A DNA stretch of 64,000 nt from Deltaproteobacteria bacterium (GTDB lineage: Bacteria; Desulfobacterota; Binatia; UBA12015). How positions within the stretch are numbered: the stretch's first letter is position 1; every line of letters begins with the position of its first letter. A program made the position numbers and the translations under genes. Shown one piece after another: positions 18,625-27,780 of this stretch. The stretch spans positions 2,031 to 66,030 of the forward strand of contig JAJCZO010000416.1 of the NCBI GenBank assembly GCA_029262355.1, read 5' to 3'. The notes under the pieces were generated by a model. It saw only the letters and a program-made list of their open reading frames with translations. It was not told the DNA's origin and searched no databases.

Positions 18625-19599
18625 ATGGGAGTGGAGATCCAGGGGATACAGGGGCGGCTGCCGGCATTGGTCGCGCTGCTCGTAGCGGGCGTTCTGGCAG
18701 CGCCGGCGCACGCCACGACGGTTGGCGGCGGGGGAAGCAAGAAAACGGATTGTCTCGCGGTCTTCGAGACCTCGGTCGTCCTCCCCGCGAATCACCGAAA
18801 GGTCATCTGCACCGATGGCGACCCCGCGTGCGACACGGACGGGACGGTCGACGGGCAGTGCACGTTCGATCTCTCCGTGTGCATCAACAGCACGTTCGAT
18901 CCCAAGTGCGCGATCACCGGGGTCGAGTCGATGTTCGTCGATCATTCCGCCGACAACGGCGATCCCAAGTTCGATCCCGACTTCCAGGCGTTGCAAGACC
19001 GGATCGAGAACGAGCTCGACCTGCCCAACGCGGACGCCGAGTGTACGAATCCGACATTTCTCACGGTGCCGGTGAACGGCCCGTTGCCGGGGAATCGCTG
19101 TCGGTCAGGCAAGAAGAAGGTGCGGCTGACCTCGCACTCCGAGTTCGACATCGGTGCGGGCAAGACCTTCAAGGACAAGGACGCGATGAAGTTCATCTGC
19201 AAGCCGCACGAGAACGGCTGCGATCCTCAAAACCTCTTCTCCGGCACGTACAACCGCATTCAGCGGCAGATCCTCGATCAGAATTGCGCGGTGAGCGCCT
19301 GTCACGATTCGCAGAGTTTCGCAGGCGGACTCCTGCTCGAGACTGGCGCGTCGTACACCTCCCTCGTGAGCATCGCTCCCGTGAACGTCGCCGCAGGCCA
19401 GCTCGGCTGGTTGCGCGTCACCCCGGGGGACGAGAACACGAGCTACATGCACCAGAAACTCTTGGGCGGTCTGGACCCGAGTCTCGGCGAGCGGATGCCG
19501 CTTGGCAAAGGGAAGCTGCAGAGCTTCTTGCGCGAGATCGTTCGCCTCTGGATCGTCGCGGGTGCGCCGGAGACCGGCTGGGTCCCAGGAACGGACTGA
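18625..19599 (+). CDS. Secreted Cys-rich protein with a C-terminal cytochrome-c-like domain (CX4CH)
   Basis: GGAGG RBS; signal peptide ending PAHA; CTDGDPACDTDG..DGQC segment; NCAVSACHD...RMPLG...WIVAGA. Confidence 0.75.
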   Translation: MGVEIQGIQGRLPALVALLVAGVLAAPAHATTVGGGGSKKTDCLAVFETSVVLPANHRKVICTDGDPACDTDGTVDGQCTFDLSVCINSTFDPKCAITGVESMFVDHSADNGDPKFDPDFQALQDRIENELDLPNADAECTNPTFLTVPVNGPLPGNRCRSGKKKVRLTSHSEFDIGAGKTFKDKDAMKFICKPHENGCDPQNLFSGTYNRIQRQILDQNCAVSACHDSQSFAGGLLLETGASYTSLVSIAPVNVAAGQLGWLRVTPGDENTSYMHQKLLGGLDPSLGERMPLGKGKLQSFLREIVRLWIVAGAPETGWVPGTD

Positions 19600-19618
19600 G
19601 TCGCCGGGCCGGTTCGGC

Positions 19619-20245
19619 TCAGCTGCAGGATTCGGCGAACTGGCCCGAGAGCTTCAACCCGACGTCCGTCCACGTCTTGGAGACGCCGTCCTTGCCGGTG
19701 TGCTGCTCCTCGCAAGCGCGATGCAGTGAGTCGAACGGCTTCTGAGCCGCGAAGTTCATCAGGTCGATGGTGGCGGTTGCCACGACCTCGTGGTCGTCGG
19801 AGATCGTGTAGGCGAACGGCACCATCTTGGTGGTTCCGTTCATGGTAACCGCGATCTGCAGCGTGCCTTTGGCGTCGTCCCCATCCACACTCTCCACCTT
19901 GCCCGTGATGCTCGGCGAGGGGGCGAACTCCTGGAAGAAGAACTGGCTGATGGTGGCGTTGCGTGCAGGGTTCGCCGACTCGATCGAGGCACCGTCGATC
20001 TCCATCGAGAGGCCCTTGGCGAGGTCGACGAGACTGCCGGCATTCGTCGGGCCGCTGAGCTTGGTCGTGTTGAACGTCCCCGTGACGCCTACCTTTTCGG
20101 TCAGTTTGAAGGCCGTCCACTCCACCTTCACGCCATTCTCGGCAACGCTATAGGTGCACGCGGAGTCGGCCTGGGCAGAGCCGGGGCCGACCAGAAAGGC
20201 CCACGAGACGGCTAGGGCAAGGGTGCGAATGACGAGCTTGCTCAT
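19619..20245 (-). CDS. YceI-like secreted lipid/polyisoprenoid-binding protein
   Basis: Signal peptide; VEWTAFK...GVTGTF...SIESANPARN...MNG...HTGKDGVSKTW. Confidence 0.75.
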   Translation of the reverse strand: MSKLVIRTLALAVSWAFLVGPGSAQADSACTYSVAENGVKVEWTAFKLTEKVGVTGTFNTTKLSGPTNAGSLVDLAKGLSMEIDGASIESANPARNATISQFFFQEFAPSPSITGKVESVDGDDAKGTLQIAVTMNGTTKMVPFAYTISDDHEVVATATIDLMNFAAQKPFDSLHRACEEQHTGKDGVSKTWTDVGLKLSGQFAESCS

Positions 20246-20304
20246 GGTTGTTCTCCGTCTTCTGGGCCGCGATGGAGCCGGGCCAATCGAGTTGTGGGAA
20301 AAAG

Positions 20305-20377
20305 CTCCCCGGGCCGGACTCGAACCAGCGACAAGTCGGTTAACAGCCGACTGCTCTACCAACTGAGCTACCGGGGA
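20305..20377 (-). tRNA. tRNA-Asn (GTT)
   Basis: Reverse complement folds as a cloverleaf: TCCCCGG TA GCTC AGTTGGTA GAGC A GTCGG CT-GTT-AA CCGAC TTGTC GCTGG TTCGAGT CCGGC CCGGGGA G. CCA is not encoded. Confidence 0.97.
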
Positions 20378-20497
20378 TCGGGGGTTCGCCTACTATACGG
20401 GACGAGGCCTCGCAATTCGGTTTTGATTTATCGCCGACCCTTTGGGTGAAGTTCGCAAATGTTGTAGGAACTGCTGGAGCAGAGGAGGGCTCTTGGA

Positions 20498-21010
20498 ATG
20501 CGACGAATGATCAACGCGAGCAGATTCATCTTGTTGGCCGCCCTGGTGGGCGGATCGATGCTGTGGTCGCCGACTTCGGCCTACGCGAACACGGCCGAGG
20601 CGGAGATGCACCCGGTCGATGCGCCTACCGGGCGGGTCTCGAGCCGGGCTGTCGGATATCTCCGGTTCACCGAGGGAAAGAAGGCGGATCAGGTCAAGAT
20701 TCTGGTTCACATTCAGAACCTGCCCGACGTCCAGAGTGAGCAGCCGCTCATGACGGAAAGCGGACATTCCACCTACCCGCACGGGCTTCGAATTCGGGCC
20801 TCGGGTGACTGTAGCGACACCACGGCCACCGATTCGCCGGCGGGCGTTCTGCCCGACGTGGGCGTGCGTCAGGACGGCAATGCGGTGCTGAGCATGACGG
20901 CTTCGGGGATCACGCTGAGTGAACTGCCCGGAAAGTCGGTCGTTCTCTACCGGGGGACGAACGACGCCAAGCGCCAGATCATCGCGTGCGGTGTGATCAA
21001 AAAGGATTGA
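20498..21010 (+). CDS. Secreted Cu/Zn superoxide dismutase-fold protein lacking metal ligands
   Basis: Signal peptide; HGLRIR..GDC, GKSVVLY and IACGVI match the SodC framework, but the His ligands are replaced. Confidence 0.75.
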   Translation: MRRMINASRFILLAALVGGSMLWSPTSAYANTAEAEMHPVDAPTGRVSSRAVGYLRFTEGKKADQVKILVHIQNLPDVQSEQPLMTESGHSTYPHGLRIRASGDCSDTTATDSPAGVLPDVGVRQDGNAVLSMTASGITLSELPGKSVVLYRGTNDAKRQIIACGVIKKD

Positions 21011-21020
21011 TCCAAACCCC

Positions 21021-21050
21021 TTGACCTGAGGGCGAAGAAAAGGCGAATCT
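21021..21050 (+). promoter_or_regulatory. Putative imuA promoter with a direct-repeat operator (candidate SOS box)
   Basis: TTGACC at 21021-21026; GGCGAA at 21031-21036 and 21042-21047; GAATCT at 21045-21050; GTG start at 21057. Confidence 0.5.
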
Positions 21051-21056
21051 CGAGAG

Positions 21057-21863
21057 GTGCAGGGCGCCTCTCAGCTTCGTGTCGAAGATCTCCTCTCTCA
21101 GCTTCCGGGAACTCTCCGGCGCGGACACGTGCCGGAGGCCCCGGAGTGGGAGGGCGAGGGGGGGCGGCTCTCTACGGGATACTCGGAGATTGATGATCTC
21201 CTCGGCGGTGGAGTGCCCCGAGGCCGTCTCTCTGAAGTAGTCGGTCGGGGCTCGGTCGGCACGACGAGTCTGGCCCAGCGCCTGTTGGCCAGTGTCACCA
21301 CCGACGAGAACTTCGCTGCGTGGATCGACGTCGCCGACGCTTTCGATCCCGCGAGCGCCAGTGCGGCGGGAGTCGCTCTCCATCGACTTCTCTGGGTGCG
21401 TCCGCCAGACCTCGTGGCCGCGTTTGCGGCGACCGAGATCCTTTTGGCCACCGGAGGGTTCGCCCTGGTCTTCCTCGATACGGGGCCCGTACGGGGCGCG
21501 TTGGGGCCAAAGACCAGGCAAGGCAGGCCGCGCCCTCGCGGCCAGGCGGCTGGCGGTCAGAAGGGCCGCCGTATGCTCGCGGCCCCCCAGACCTGGCTCC
21601 GTCTGGCACGTGCTGCCGAACAGTCGCGCACGGCCTTGGTGGTCCTTCCTGGCGCGGGGAGCGCGAAAGAGGGGTGCCTCGGACTCGCCGGATCTGCCGC
21701 CGGCGTTCGCCTGGAACTTTCCCCCGTGCAAGCCGTTTGGGAAGGGACTCCCGGGGCGCCGCTTCTCCTCGAAGGGCTCGTCAGCCGAATCGATGTCACG
21801 CGCAATCGTGGTCCGCAGGCCCGCCGCCAGCGGAGTCGCCAGATGCGCATTCGTCTCGACTGA
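21057..21863 (+). CDS. imuA: ImuA/RecA-like translesion synthesis accessory protein
   Basis: STGYSEIDDLLGGGVPRGRLSEVVG; degenerate Walker A GRGSVGTTS; AWIDVADAFDP...AGV.L.RLLWVRP. Confidence 0.82.
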   Translation: MQGASQLRVEDLLSQLPGTLRRGHVPEAPEWEGEGGRLSTGYSEIDDLLGGGVPRGRLSEVVGRGSVGTTSLAQRLLASVTTDENFAAWIDVADAFDPASASAAGVALHRLLWVRPPDLVAAFAATEILLATGGFALVFLDTGPVRGALGPKTRQGRPRPRGQAAGGQKGRRMLAAPQTWLRLARAAEQSRTALVVLPGAGSAKEGCLGLAGSAAGVRLELSPVQAVWEGTPGAPLLLEGLVSRIDVTRNRGPQARRQRSRQMRIRLD

Positions 21864-21884
21864 ATCCTCGGCCGGGAGTGTTCC

Positions 21885-23480
21885 GTGTCTCGTTTTGCTT
21901 GCGCCGTCGTTCCCCGTTTTCCCGTGTCCGCGCTCCTGCGGGCAGAGCCGGAGCTGCGCGGATGTCCTCTGGTGATCTGTCGGCAGGAAGGAGCCGTCGC
22001 GAACGGGCGATCACCCGGGCCGCGTTCCATCCTGGTCGGAGTTTCTCGAGAAGCCGAACGGCTCGGCATTCGCACCGGAATGACCGTGGCGCAGGCGCTG
22101 GTTCGGCATTCCGACCTCGTTCTCCGTCCACGAGACGAGCGTGCCATTGGTGCCGCGCGCGAAGCCCTGCTCGACATTGCAGGCTCGGTCTCTCCGCGGA
22201 TCGAGTCCGATGGCAATGCCGTCTATCTCGACATCGAAGGGCTCGACAAGATCTTCTCTTCCGACGGCGGCATTGCGGCGGCTCTCTCGACGCGGGCCGA
22301 GCGCATCGGACTGACGGTCGGAGTTGGAACGGCCGGGAGCAAAACGACCGCACGTATCGCCGCGGGGCTCGCGGCTCGCACGGGGGAGGCCATTCTCGTT
22401 GCTGCGGGGAAAGATGCGACCTGGCTCGCACCGCATCCACTTTCGGTGCTCACTCCCGTCACACAAGCGGCCAGGGCCCGTGCCGCGAGCCCTCGAGAGA
22501 CCTGGCCAGCTCTCCAGGAGAGCTTTCAGCGATTGGGGCTGCGACACCTGGGTGATCTCGCTCGACTTCCAAGTCGCGAGGTCGGCAGCCGTTTTGGAAA
22601 GGCTGGGACGAGATTGTGGCGAATCGCGGCCGGCAAAGAATCGAGTCCGCTTCTGCCCGAGTCCCCGCCGCTCGAGTTCACCGAAGGTGTGAGTCTCGAA
22701 TACTCCGTGGAGTCGCTCGAGGCGCTGCTCTTCTTGATGAGAGGTTTGATCGATCGGCTGATTCATCGCCTCGCGATTCACGGGCTTTCTTGCGGTGGCC
22801 TTCGGGTAGGTCTCGACTTGGCGGATGGGGGACACGCCGAGCGTCGGGTCGGGGTACTTGCGCCAACGGCCGACGTGAAAGCCCTGGCCATCCTCACCCG
22901 GCACGCCATCGAGGCCGAGCCTCCGCGCGCGGCCATCGTGGGCGTTCGCGCCATCGCCATCGCCGATCGTCCTCGACCGACACAGCTCGATCTCTTTCGT
23001 CCTACCGGACCTTCTCCGGAACGCCTCGCGACGACTCTCGTCCGCTTGGCTGCGCTCTGTGGCTCGGAACGGGTGGGGCGTCCTGTCCCGCCACGAGGGC
23101 ATCGCCCGGAGGCGTTCACGGTGACCTCGTTCGATCCCGTATCCGAAGAACGGGTCCGGTCGAAAGGTACCGAGCCCGAGCCGGAGCCTTCTCGGAGCGG
23201 ACGAGCCGCGTTGCGCGCCCTGCGTCCTCCGCGCCGTGCCCAGGTATTCCAAGAAGGAGGAAACATCGCGTACGTTCGGGCCTCCGGCCTGGGAGGGCGG
23301 GCGGTGGTTTCAGGAGGCCCCTGGCGCATCGAGACCGAGTGGTGGAGCGAGCGCCCCTGCAGGCGGGACTACTACGACGTGCAGCTCTCCGACGGAGGGA
23401 TCTATCGACTCTTTCGAGAGCTCGGGGGTGGCGCCGCGTCGGTCGGCGACCAATGGTTCATCGACGGCTGCTATGATTGA
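21885..23480 (+). CDS. imuB: ImuB, inactive Y-family DNA polymerase
   Basis: GIRTGMTVAQA, VSPRIE...VYLDIEGL, QLDLF clamp-binding-like motif, C-terminal GPWRIETEWW...RDYYDV. Confidence 0.88.
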   Translation: MSRFACAVVPRFPVSALLRAEPELRGCPLVICRQEGAVANGRSPGPRSILVGVSREAERLGIRTGMTVAQALVRHSDLVLRPRDERAIGAAREALLDIAGSVSPRIESDGNAVYLDIEGLDKIFSSDGGIAAALSTRAERIGLTVGVGTAGSKTTARIAAGLAARTGEAILVAAGKDATWLAPHPLSVLTPVTQAARARAASPRETWPALQESFQRLGLRHLGDLARLPSREVGSRFGKAGTRLWRIAAGKESSPLLPESPPLEFTEGVSLEYSVESLEALLFLMRGLIDRLIHRLAIHGLSCGGLRVGLDLADGGHAERRVGVLAPTADVKALAILTRHAIEAEPPRAAIVGVRAIAIADRPRPTQLDLFRPTGPSPERLATTLVRLAALCGSERVGRPVPPRGHRPEAFTVTSFDPVSEERVRSKGTEPEPEPSRSGRAALRALRPPRRAQVFQEGGNIAYVRASGLGGRAVVSGGPWRIETEWWSERPCRRDYYDVQLSDGGIYRLFRELGGGAASVGDQWFIDGCYD

Positions 23481-23488
23481 TTCACGGC

Positions 23489-24265
23489 ATGTCGAAGTAT
23501 GACCGCGAGCTGGAAGCCGCCATCGAGATTGCCGAGAGTGCCGGCCGTCTCACCCTCGAGCACTTCGGGACGGCACTCGCCGTCGAGAAGAAGGCGGACG
23601 AGAGTCCGGTAACCATCGCTGATCGTGGCGCCGAGGAATTGATCCGAAAGCGCCTGGGCGAGGTTTTCCCCGACGATGGTCAGCTCGGAGAAGAGTTCGG
23701 CGAGAAGACGGGCACGAGTGGTCGGCGATGGATCATCGATCCGATCGACGGCACGCAGTCCTTCATCCGTGGCGTGCCCCTGTACGGGGTCCTGGTCGGC
23801 CTCGAGGATCAAGGTCGCTGTGTCGCCGGCGCCATGTGTCTTCCTCGGCTCTCCGAAACCTATTGGGCGGCCGAGGGGGGCGCGGCGTATCGCAATGGCG
23901 CGGTCGTACGGGTCGACGACGCCACGCCGTTGTCGGACGCCACGCTCCTGTCGAGCGACATCAAGCACGAGCAGTTCGGCAACCGCCACGAGGACTTCGA
24001 TCGTCTCGTTCGTCGTGTCGGGCGCTACCGGGGCTGGGGTGATTGCTACGGCTACGCGCTGCTCATCTCGGGCCGAGCACAGATCATGTTGGATCCGCTT
24101 CTGAACCCGTGGGACATCGCCGCCATTCTGCCCATCCTAGAGGCTGCCGGAGGCCGCTTCGTGGGGTGGAACGGTGAGCAGGGAATCCATGCGGGCTCAG
24201 GCATCGGCACGACCGGGGCGCTTCACGAGGAGGTCTGTCAGGTGTTGCGCGTGCCTGGCGGTTGA
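23489..24265 (+). CDS. hisN: Histidinol-phosphatase / inositol monophosphatase family
   Basis: KADESPVTIADR, GEEFG, WIIDPIDGTQSFIRGVPLYG, RGWGDCYGY and WDIAA motifs. Confidence 0.82.
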   Translation: MSKYDRELEAAIEIAESAGRLTLEHFGTALAVEKKADESPVTIADRGAEELIRKRLGEVFPDDGQLGEEFGEKTGTSGRRWIIDPIDGTQSFIRGVPLYGVLVGLEDQGRCVAGAMCLPRLSETYWAAEGGAAYRNGAVVRVDDATPLSDATLLSSDIKHEQFGNRHEDFDRLVRRVGRYRGWGDCYGYALLISGRAQIMLDPLLNPWDIAAILPILEAAGGRFVGWNGEQGIHAGSGIGTTGALHEEVCQVLRVPGG

Positions 24266-24285
24266 GGCTCGGTTAAGGAGACCGG

Positions 24286-24672
24286 ATGGCCGCCAAGAAG
24301 ACAGGAAATGGGCCGGGCGATGTGGTGCTCGTCCATCTCGACGGAAAGCCGGCCGGTTATGCGCGGATCGAGTCGATTCGCAGCCACTCGCGCCCCGGGT
24401 GGAACGAGTGCGACCTCCTTTTTCTCGCACAACCTCTCCAGCCCGTAACCTGGATTCTCGAGGATGAGCAGATCGACGGCACGCCGTTTACGATGGGCGG
24501 ACGGCCGGTTCAGATCGAGAGCCTACCGAAGCCTGGGCGCGTGCACCTCCAGCAGGCGAGCGAAGGACCAGCCGCAGAAGTAGAACCTCCTGCCGCCGTT
24601 TCGACCGAGAAGTCCGCACGCAAACGTGGCGACAACGTCGTACGGCTCGTTCGCAAACCGAGCGGCGAATAG
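24286..24672 (+). CDS. Conserved hypothetical protein
   Basis: AAGGAG RBS; GDVVLVHLDGKPAGYARIESI...VTWIL....IDG.PFTMGG; C-terminal NVVRL tail. Confidence 0.75.
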   Translation: MAAKKTGNGPGDVVLVHLDGKPAGYARIESIRSHSRPGWNECDLLFLAQPLQPVTWILEDEQIDGTPFTMGGRPVQIESLPKPGRVHLQQASEGPAAEVEPPAAVSTEKSARKRGDNVVRLVRKPSGE

Positions 24673-24681
24673 ACCTGGCGT

Positions 24682-26373
24682 TCAGAAGCCGTCGGTAACC
24701 GCGCCGAGCGAGCTGCTGGATACGAGCCGCGCGTACTTCGCAAGCACGCCCCGTTTGTAGCGCGGCTCCGGTGCCGTCCAGGTCGCGCGGCGCGTTTCGA
24801 TCTCCGCGTCCTCCACGTTGATCTGGAGGAGGTTCTGGCCGGCGTCGATCGTGATCGAGTCGCCTTCGCGTACGAGCGCGAGTGGTCCGCCGAGCTGGGC
24901 TTCGGGCGATACGTGCCCGACGACCATTCCGTACGTGCCGCCCGAGAAGCGCCCGTCGGTCACCATCCCGACCGAGTCGCCGAGGCCTTTGCCAATGATC
25001 GCGGACGTAGGTGCCAGCATCTCGCGCATCCCTGGGCCGCCGCGCGGACCTTCGTAGCGGATGATCAAAACGTCACCCGCCTTGATCTGGTCGGCGAGGA
25101 TCGCCTCGAGGCAGCTCTCCTCGGATTCAAATACGCGTGCCGGCCCGGTGATCTTCGACACCGCCAGTCCCGAAATCTTCGCGACCGATCCCTCGGGGGC
25201 GAGGTTTCCGCGCAAGACCGCGAGGTGGCCTTTTGCGTACACGGGTTTGTCGAAGGGGCGGACCACTTTCTGGTCGCTCGGCGGGGAGTCGGGCACGTCG
25301 GCCAGGTTGTGGGCGATCGTGTTGCCGGTGACGGTGCGACACGCGCCATTCAAGAGTCCGGCGCGAAGCAGCATCTTCATGACGAGCGGCACGCCGCCAA
25401 CGCGACGCAAGTCAGTCGCCACATACTGACCGCTGGGCTTCAGGTCGCACAGCACCGGCACTTCGCGGCGGATTCTCTCGAAGTCGTCGAGCTCGAGTGG
25501 CACCTCCGCCGCGTGTGCGATCGCGAGCAAGTGAAGGACGGCATTCGTGGAGCCACCAAGGGCCATCGTCACAGCGATGGCATTTTCGAACGCGGCACGC
25601 GTCATGATGTCCCGAGGGCAGAGCTGGTCGCCAACGAGGCCCACCAGGCGCTTGCCGGCGGCCTCGGTCGAATCGGCCTTCTCTGCGTCGGGGGCAGCCA
25701 TCGTCGACGTCATGAGAAGACTCATGCCCATGGCCTCGATTGCCGACGACATCGTGTTCGCGGTGTACATTCCGCCGCAGGATCCGACACTCGGACAGGC
25801 TCGGCGCTCGATCTCGGCGAAGTCTGCACCGGACATGTTTCCTTCGTTGTGCGCCCCGACTGCCTCGAACACGCTTACGATGGTGAGATCCTGGCCGGAG
25901 TAGTGCCCCGGCTTGATGGTTCCCCCGTAGACGAAAATGCCCGGGATGTTGAGTCGCGCGAGGCCCATCATCGCGCCGGGCATGTTCTTGTCGCAGCCTC
26001 CGATCGCGAGCACGCCGTCGTGGCTCTGGCCCCGGCAGACCGTCTCGATCGAATCGGCGATGACCTCGCGGCTCACCAGTGAGCACTTCATTCCTTCGGT
26101 GCCCATCGAGATCCCATCACTGATGGTGATCGTGCCGAAGGTCTGCGGCATGCCACCGGCCTCGCGGATGCCCGCAGCCGCACGGTCGGCCAAGAGCTGG
26201 ATCCCGGCGTTGCAGGGAGTGATCGTGCTGTGGCTGTTCGAGATGCCGATGATCGGCTTCGCGAAGTCGTCGTCCCCGAAACCGACCGCTCGGAGCATGG
26301 CGCGGTTGGGGGCGCGGCTATCCCCCTCGGTGACGACTCGGCTGTGTACGTTCTGCTGCTTCGTGGCTGACAT
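24682..26373 (-). CDS. ilvD: Dihydroxy-acid dehydratase
   Basis: [51 protein letters not shown] and TDGRFSGG motifs. Confidence 0.97.
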   Translation of the reverse strand: MSATKQQNVHSRVVTEGDSRAPNRAMLRAVGFGDDDFAKPIIGISNSHSTITPCNAGIQLLADRAAAGIREAGGMPQTFGTITISDGISMGTEGMKCSLVSREVIADSIETVCRGQSHDGVLAIGGCDKNMPGAMMGLARLNIPGIFVYGGTIKPGHYSGQDLTIVSVFEAVGAHNEGNMSGADFAEIERRACPSVGSCGGMYTANTMSSAIEAMGMSLLMTSTMAAPDAEKADSTEAAGKRLVGLVGDQLCPRDIMTRAAFENAIAVTMALGGSTNAVLHLLAIAHAAEVPLELDDFERIRREVPVLCDLKPSGQYVATDLRRVGGVPLVMKMLLRAGLLNGACRTVTGNTIAHNLADVPDSPPSDQKVVRPFDKPVYAKGHLAVLRGNLAPEGSVAKISGLAVSKITGPARVFESEESCLEAILADQIKAGDVLIIRYEGPRGGPGMREMLAPTSAIIGKGLGDSVGMVTDGRFSGGTYGMVVGHVSPEAQLGGPLALVREGDSITIDAGQNLLQINVEDAEIETRRATWTAPEPRYKRGVLAKYARLVSSSSLGAVTDGF

Positions 26374-26606
26374 TGAAAATCTCCCTGGGAACGGACTGCC
26401 CGCGGACTCTAAGGACCGGCTCCCCCGGGTGTAAAGGGCCCCGGGGCGCGGGTCGCGTTGCCCAGAGTCGGGCCGGTGGACTCCCGAGTCTCGTAGATTT
26501 GCAAGGCTCAGCGACCAGGCAGCATCCACGGCGCTTGCAGAAGAGCAAGATGGGGCCCCGAGAAGGTCTGTTGACAGCTCGGGCCGTTTCTCCGTATCCA
26601 CAGCAC

Positions 26607-26750
26607 ATGGCCGTGCGAATCGAGTTCCACCCTCCGCCCAGACGGCGTGGGGTGAGGCGAGAACGACCTTCAGCGCTGCTGTTCATCGGGATCGCGACCG
26701 TGATCGTGGGAACCCACCTGCTGCTCTGGATGATCGGGCTCATCGGGTAA
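26607..26750 (+). CDS. 47-aa single-TM small protein
   Basis: [47 protein letters not shown]; preceded by a perfect TTGACA (26571) and followed by a 10-bp stem (26758-26767/26789-26798). Confidence 0.6.
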   Translation: MAVRIEFHPPPRRRGVRRERPSALLFIGIATVIVGTHLLLWMIGLIG

Positions 26751-27069
26751 CGGTTCGGCAGTCTCGCCGGATCGAGGCTGACGCGTTTGCGAGACTGCGC
26801 CAGCCGACATTGGGACGGACCGCTCGACGCGGGGAGCGACGAGCGATCGGTGGGATCGGCCTGCATCAAACGACAAATGGAAGAATTTTCAAGCACTTCG
26901 GCGGCTCGCGCCGTCGTCGGGGGGCGGTTTGCGGCCGCAGCTTCCAGGACTTCTGAACCCCCAAATCGTGCGAAAAAGCCACTGTGGGCCTAATGGCGCC
27001 GCCGTTGGCAGCCGACACATCGATGAGCCGCCGAGGATCGTGCGGCTCTGGGGGAGCGCTAGGAGTTCG

Positions 27070-27768
27070 ATGCGGGGAGCGATGGTACGACGTTCGAGAG
27101 ATGGCGCGCCCGATGTGGCAGCCGACACGAACGTGAGTGGGGCTGGACCGGGCCAGATGATGCACGTCGAAGAGGAGGTCGTGCGGGACCTGCGCCACTC
27201 GGTCGGGAACCATTTCCACAAGCTCTACTACTGGGCCGATCGCATCGGCTCGGACGAAGGCGCTGCGGACCGAACCGAGCTCGGCCAGGAGCTGAACGGT
27301 GCCCTCGAGCGCTTCCAGGCACTCCTCGAGTTGGGACTCCGCTACTTCGAGGCCGACAAGGCCTCTCCGATGGAGATGTCGGCCGCCGATGTCGCGTCGG
27401 CGAGCGAATCGGTGCTGCGCACGGAGCTCCCGGCGGCCGAGATCACCGTCACGGTGGCAGACGCCGTCGTCGGCAAGAGGCTGCGCCTCGACCCGCAACG
27501 GTTCTCGTTGGCGCTTCGCCTAGTGGCCAAGCTGCTGGGCGGTGAGAAGCGCGAGGCGTTCACGTGCGATTTTGCGGCGTGCGGTGATGAGGCCGCCGTC
27601 GACATCACGATCGAACCGATCGGCGGCGATGCGCCGCTGGAGACGCCCGTCATCGAGTGGGCGATCGCGCGGAAAGCGATCGTCATGCAAGGGGGCTCGC
27701 TGCGAGCGTCCGCCGCGCAGGGCGATACAATGCGTGGGTGCGTCGTGCGCCTGCCGCTTGGAAGGTAG
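27070..27768 (+). CDS. Degenerate histidine-kinase-like protein (HisKA-like helix plus eroded HATPase)
   Basis: RDLRHSVGNHFHKL H-box-like segment; RLDPQRF and AIARKAIVMQGGSL...VVRLP resemble the HATPase framework; start uncertain. Confidence 0.65.
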   Translation: MRGAMVRRSRDGAPDVAADTNVSGAGPGQMMHVEEEVVRDLRHSVGNHFHKLYYWADRIGSDEGAADRTELGQELNGALERFQALLELGLRYFEADKASPMEMSAADVASASESVLRTELPAAEITVTVADAVVGKRLRLDPQRFSLALRLVAKLLGGEKREAFTCDFAACGDEAAVDITIEPIGGDAPLETPVIEWAIARKAIVMQGGSLRASAAQGDTMRGCVVRLPLGR

Positions 27769-27780
27769 GACCGGGGGAGC

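Noticed and set aside
19596-19622. CCGGGCCGG matching the tRNA-Asn 3' end as a possible att site
   Set aside because: The match is only 9 bp of pure GC and no integrase is present. It is better explained as the loop region of a small hairpin between convergent genes.
26594-26602. DnaA-box-like GTATCCACA
   Set aside because: It is a single one-mismatch copy with no box cluster, AT-rich unwinding element or dnaA nearby. It coincides with a putative -10 element.
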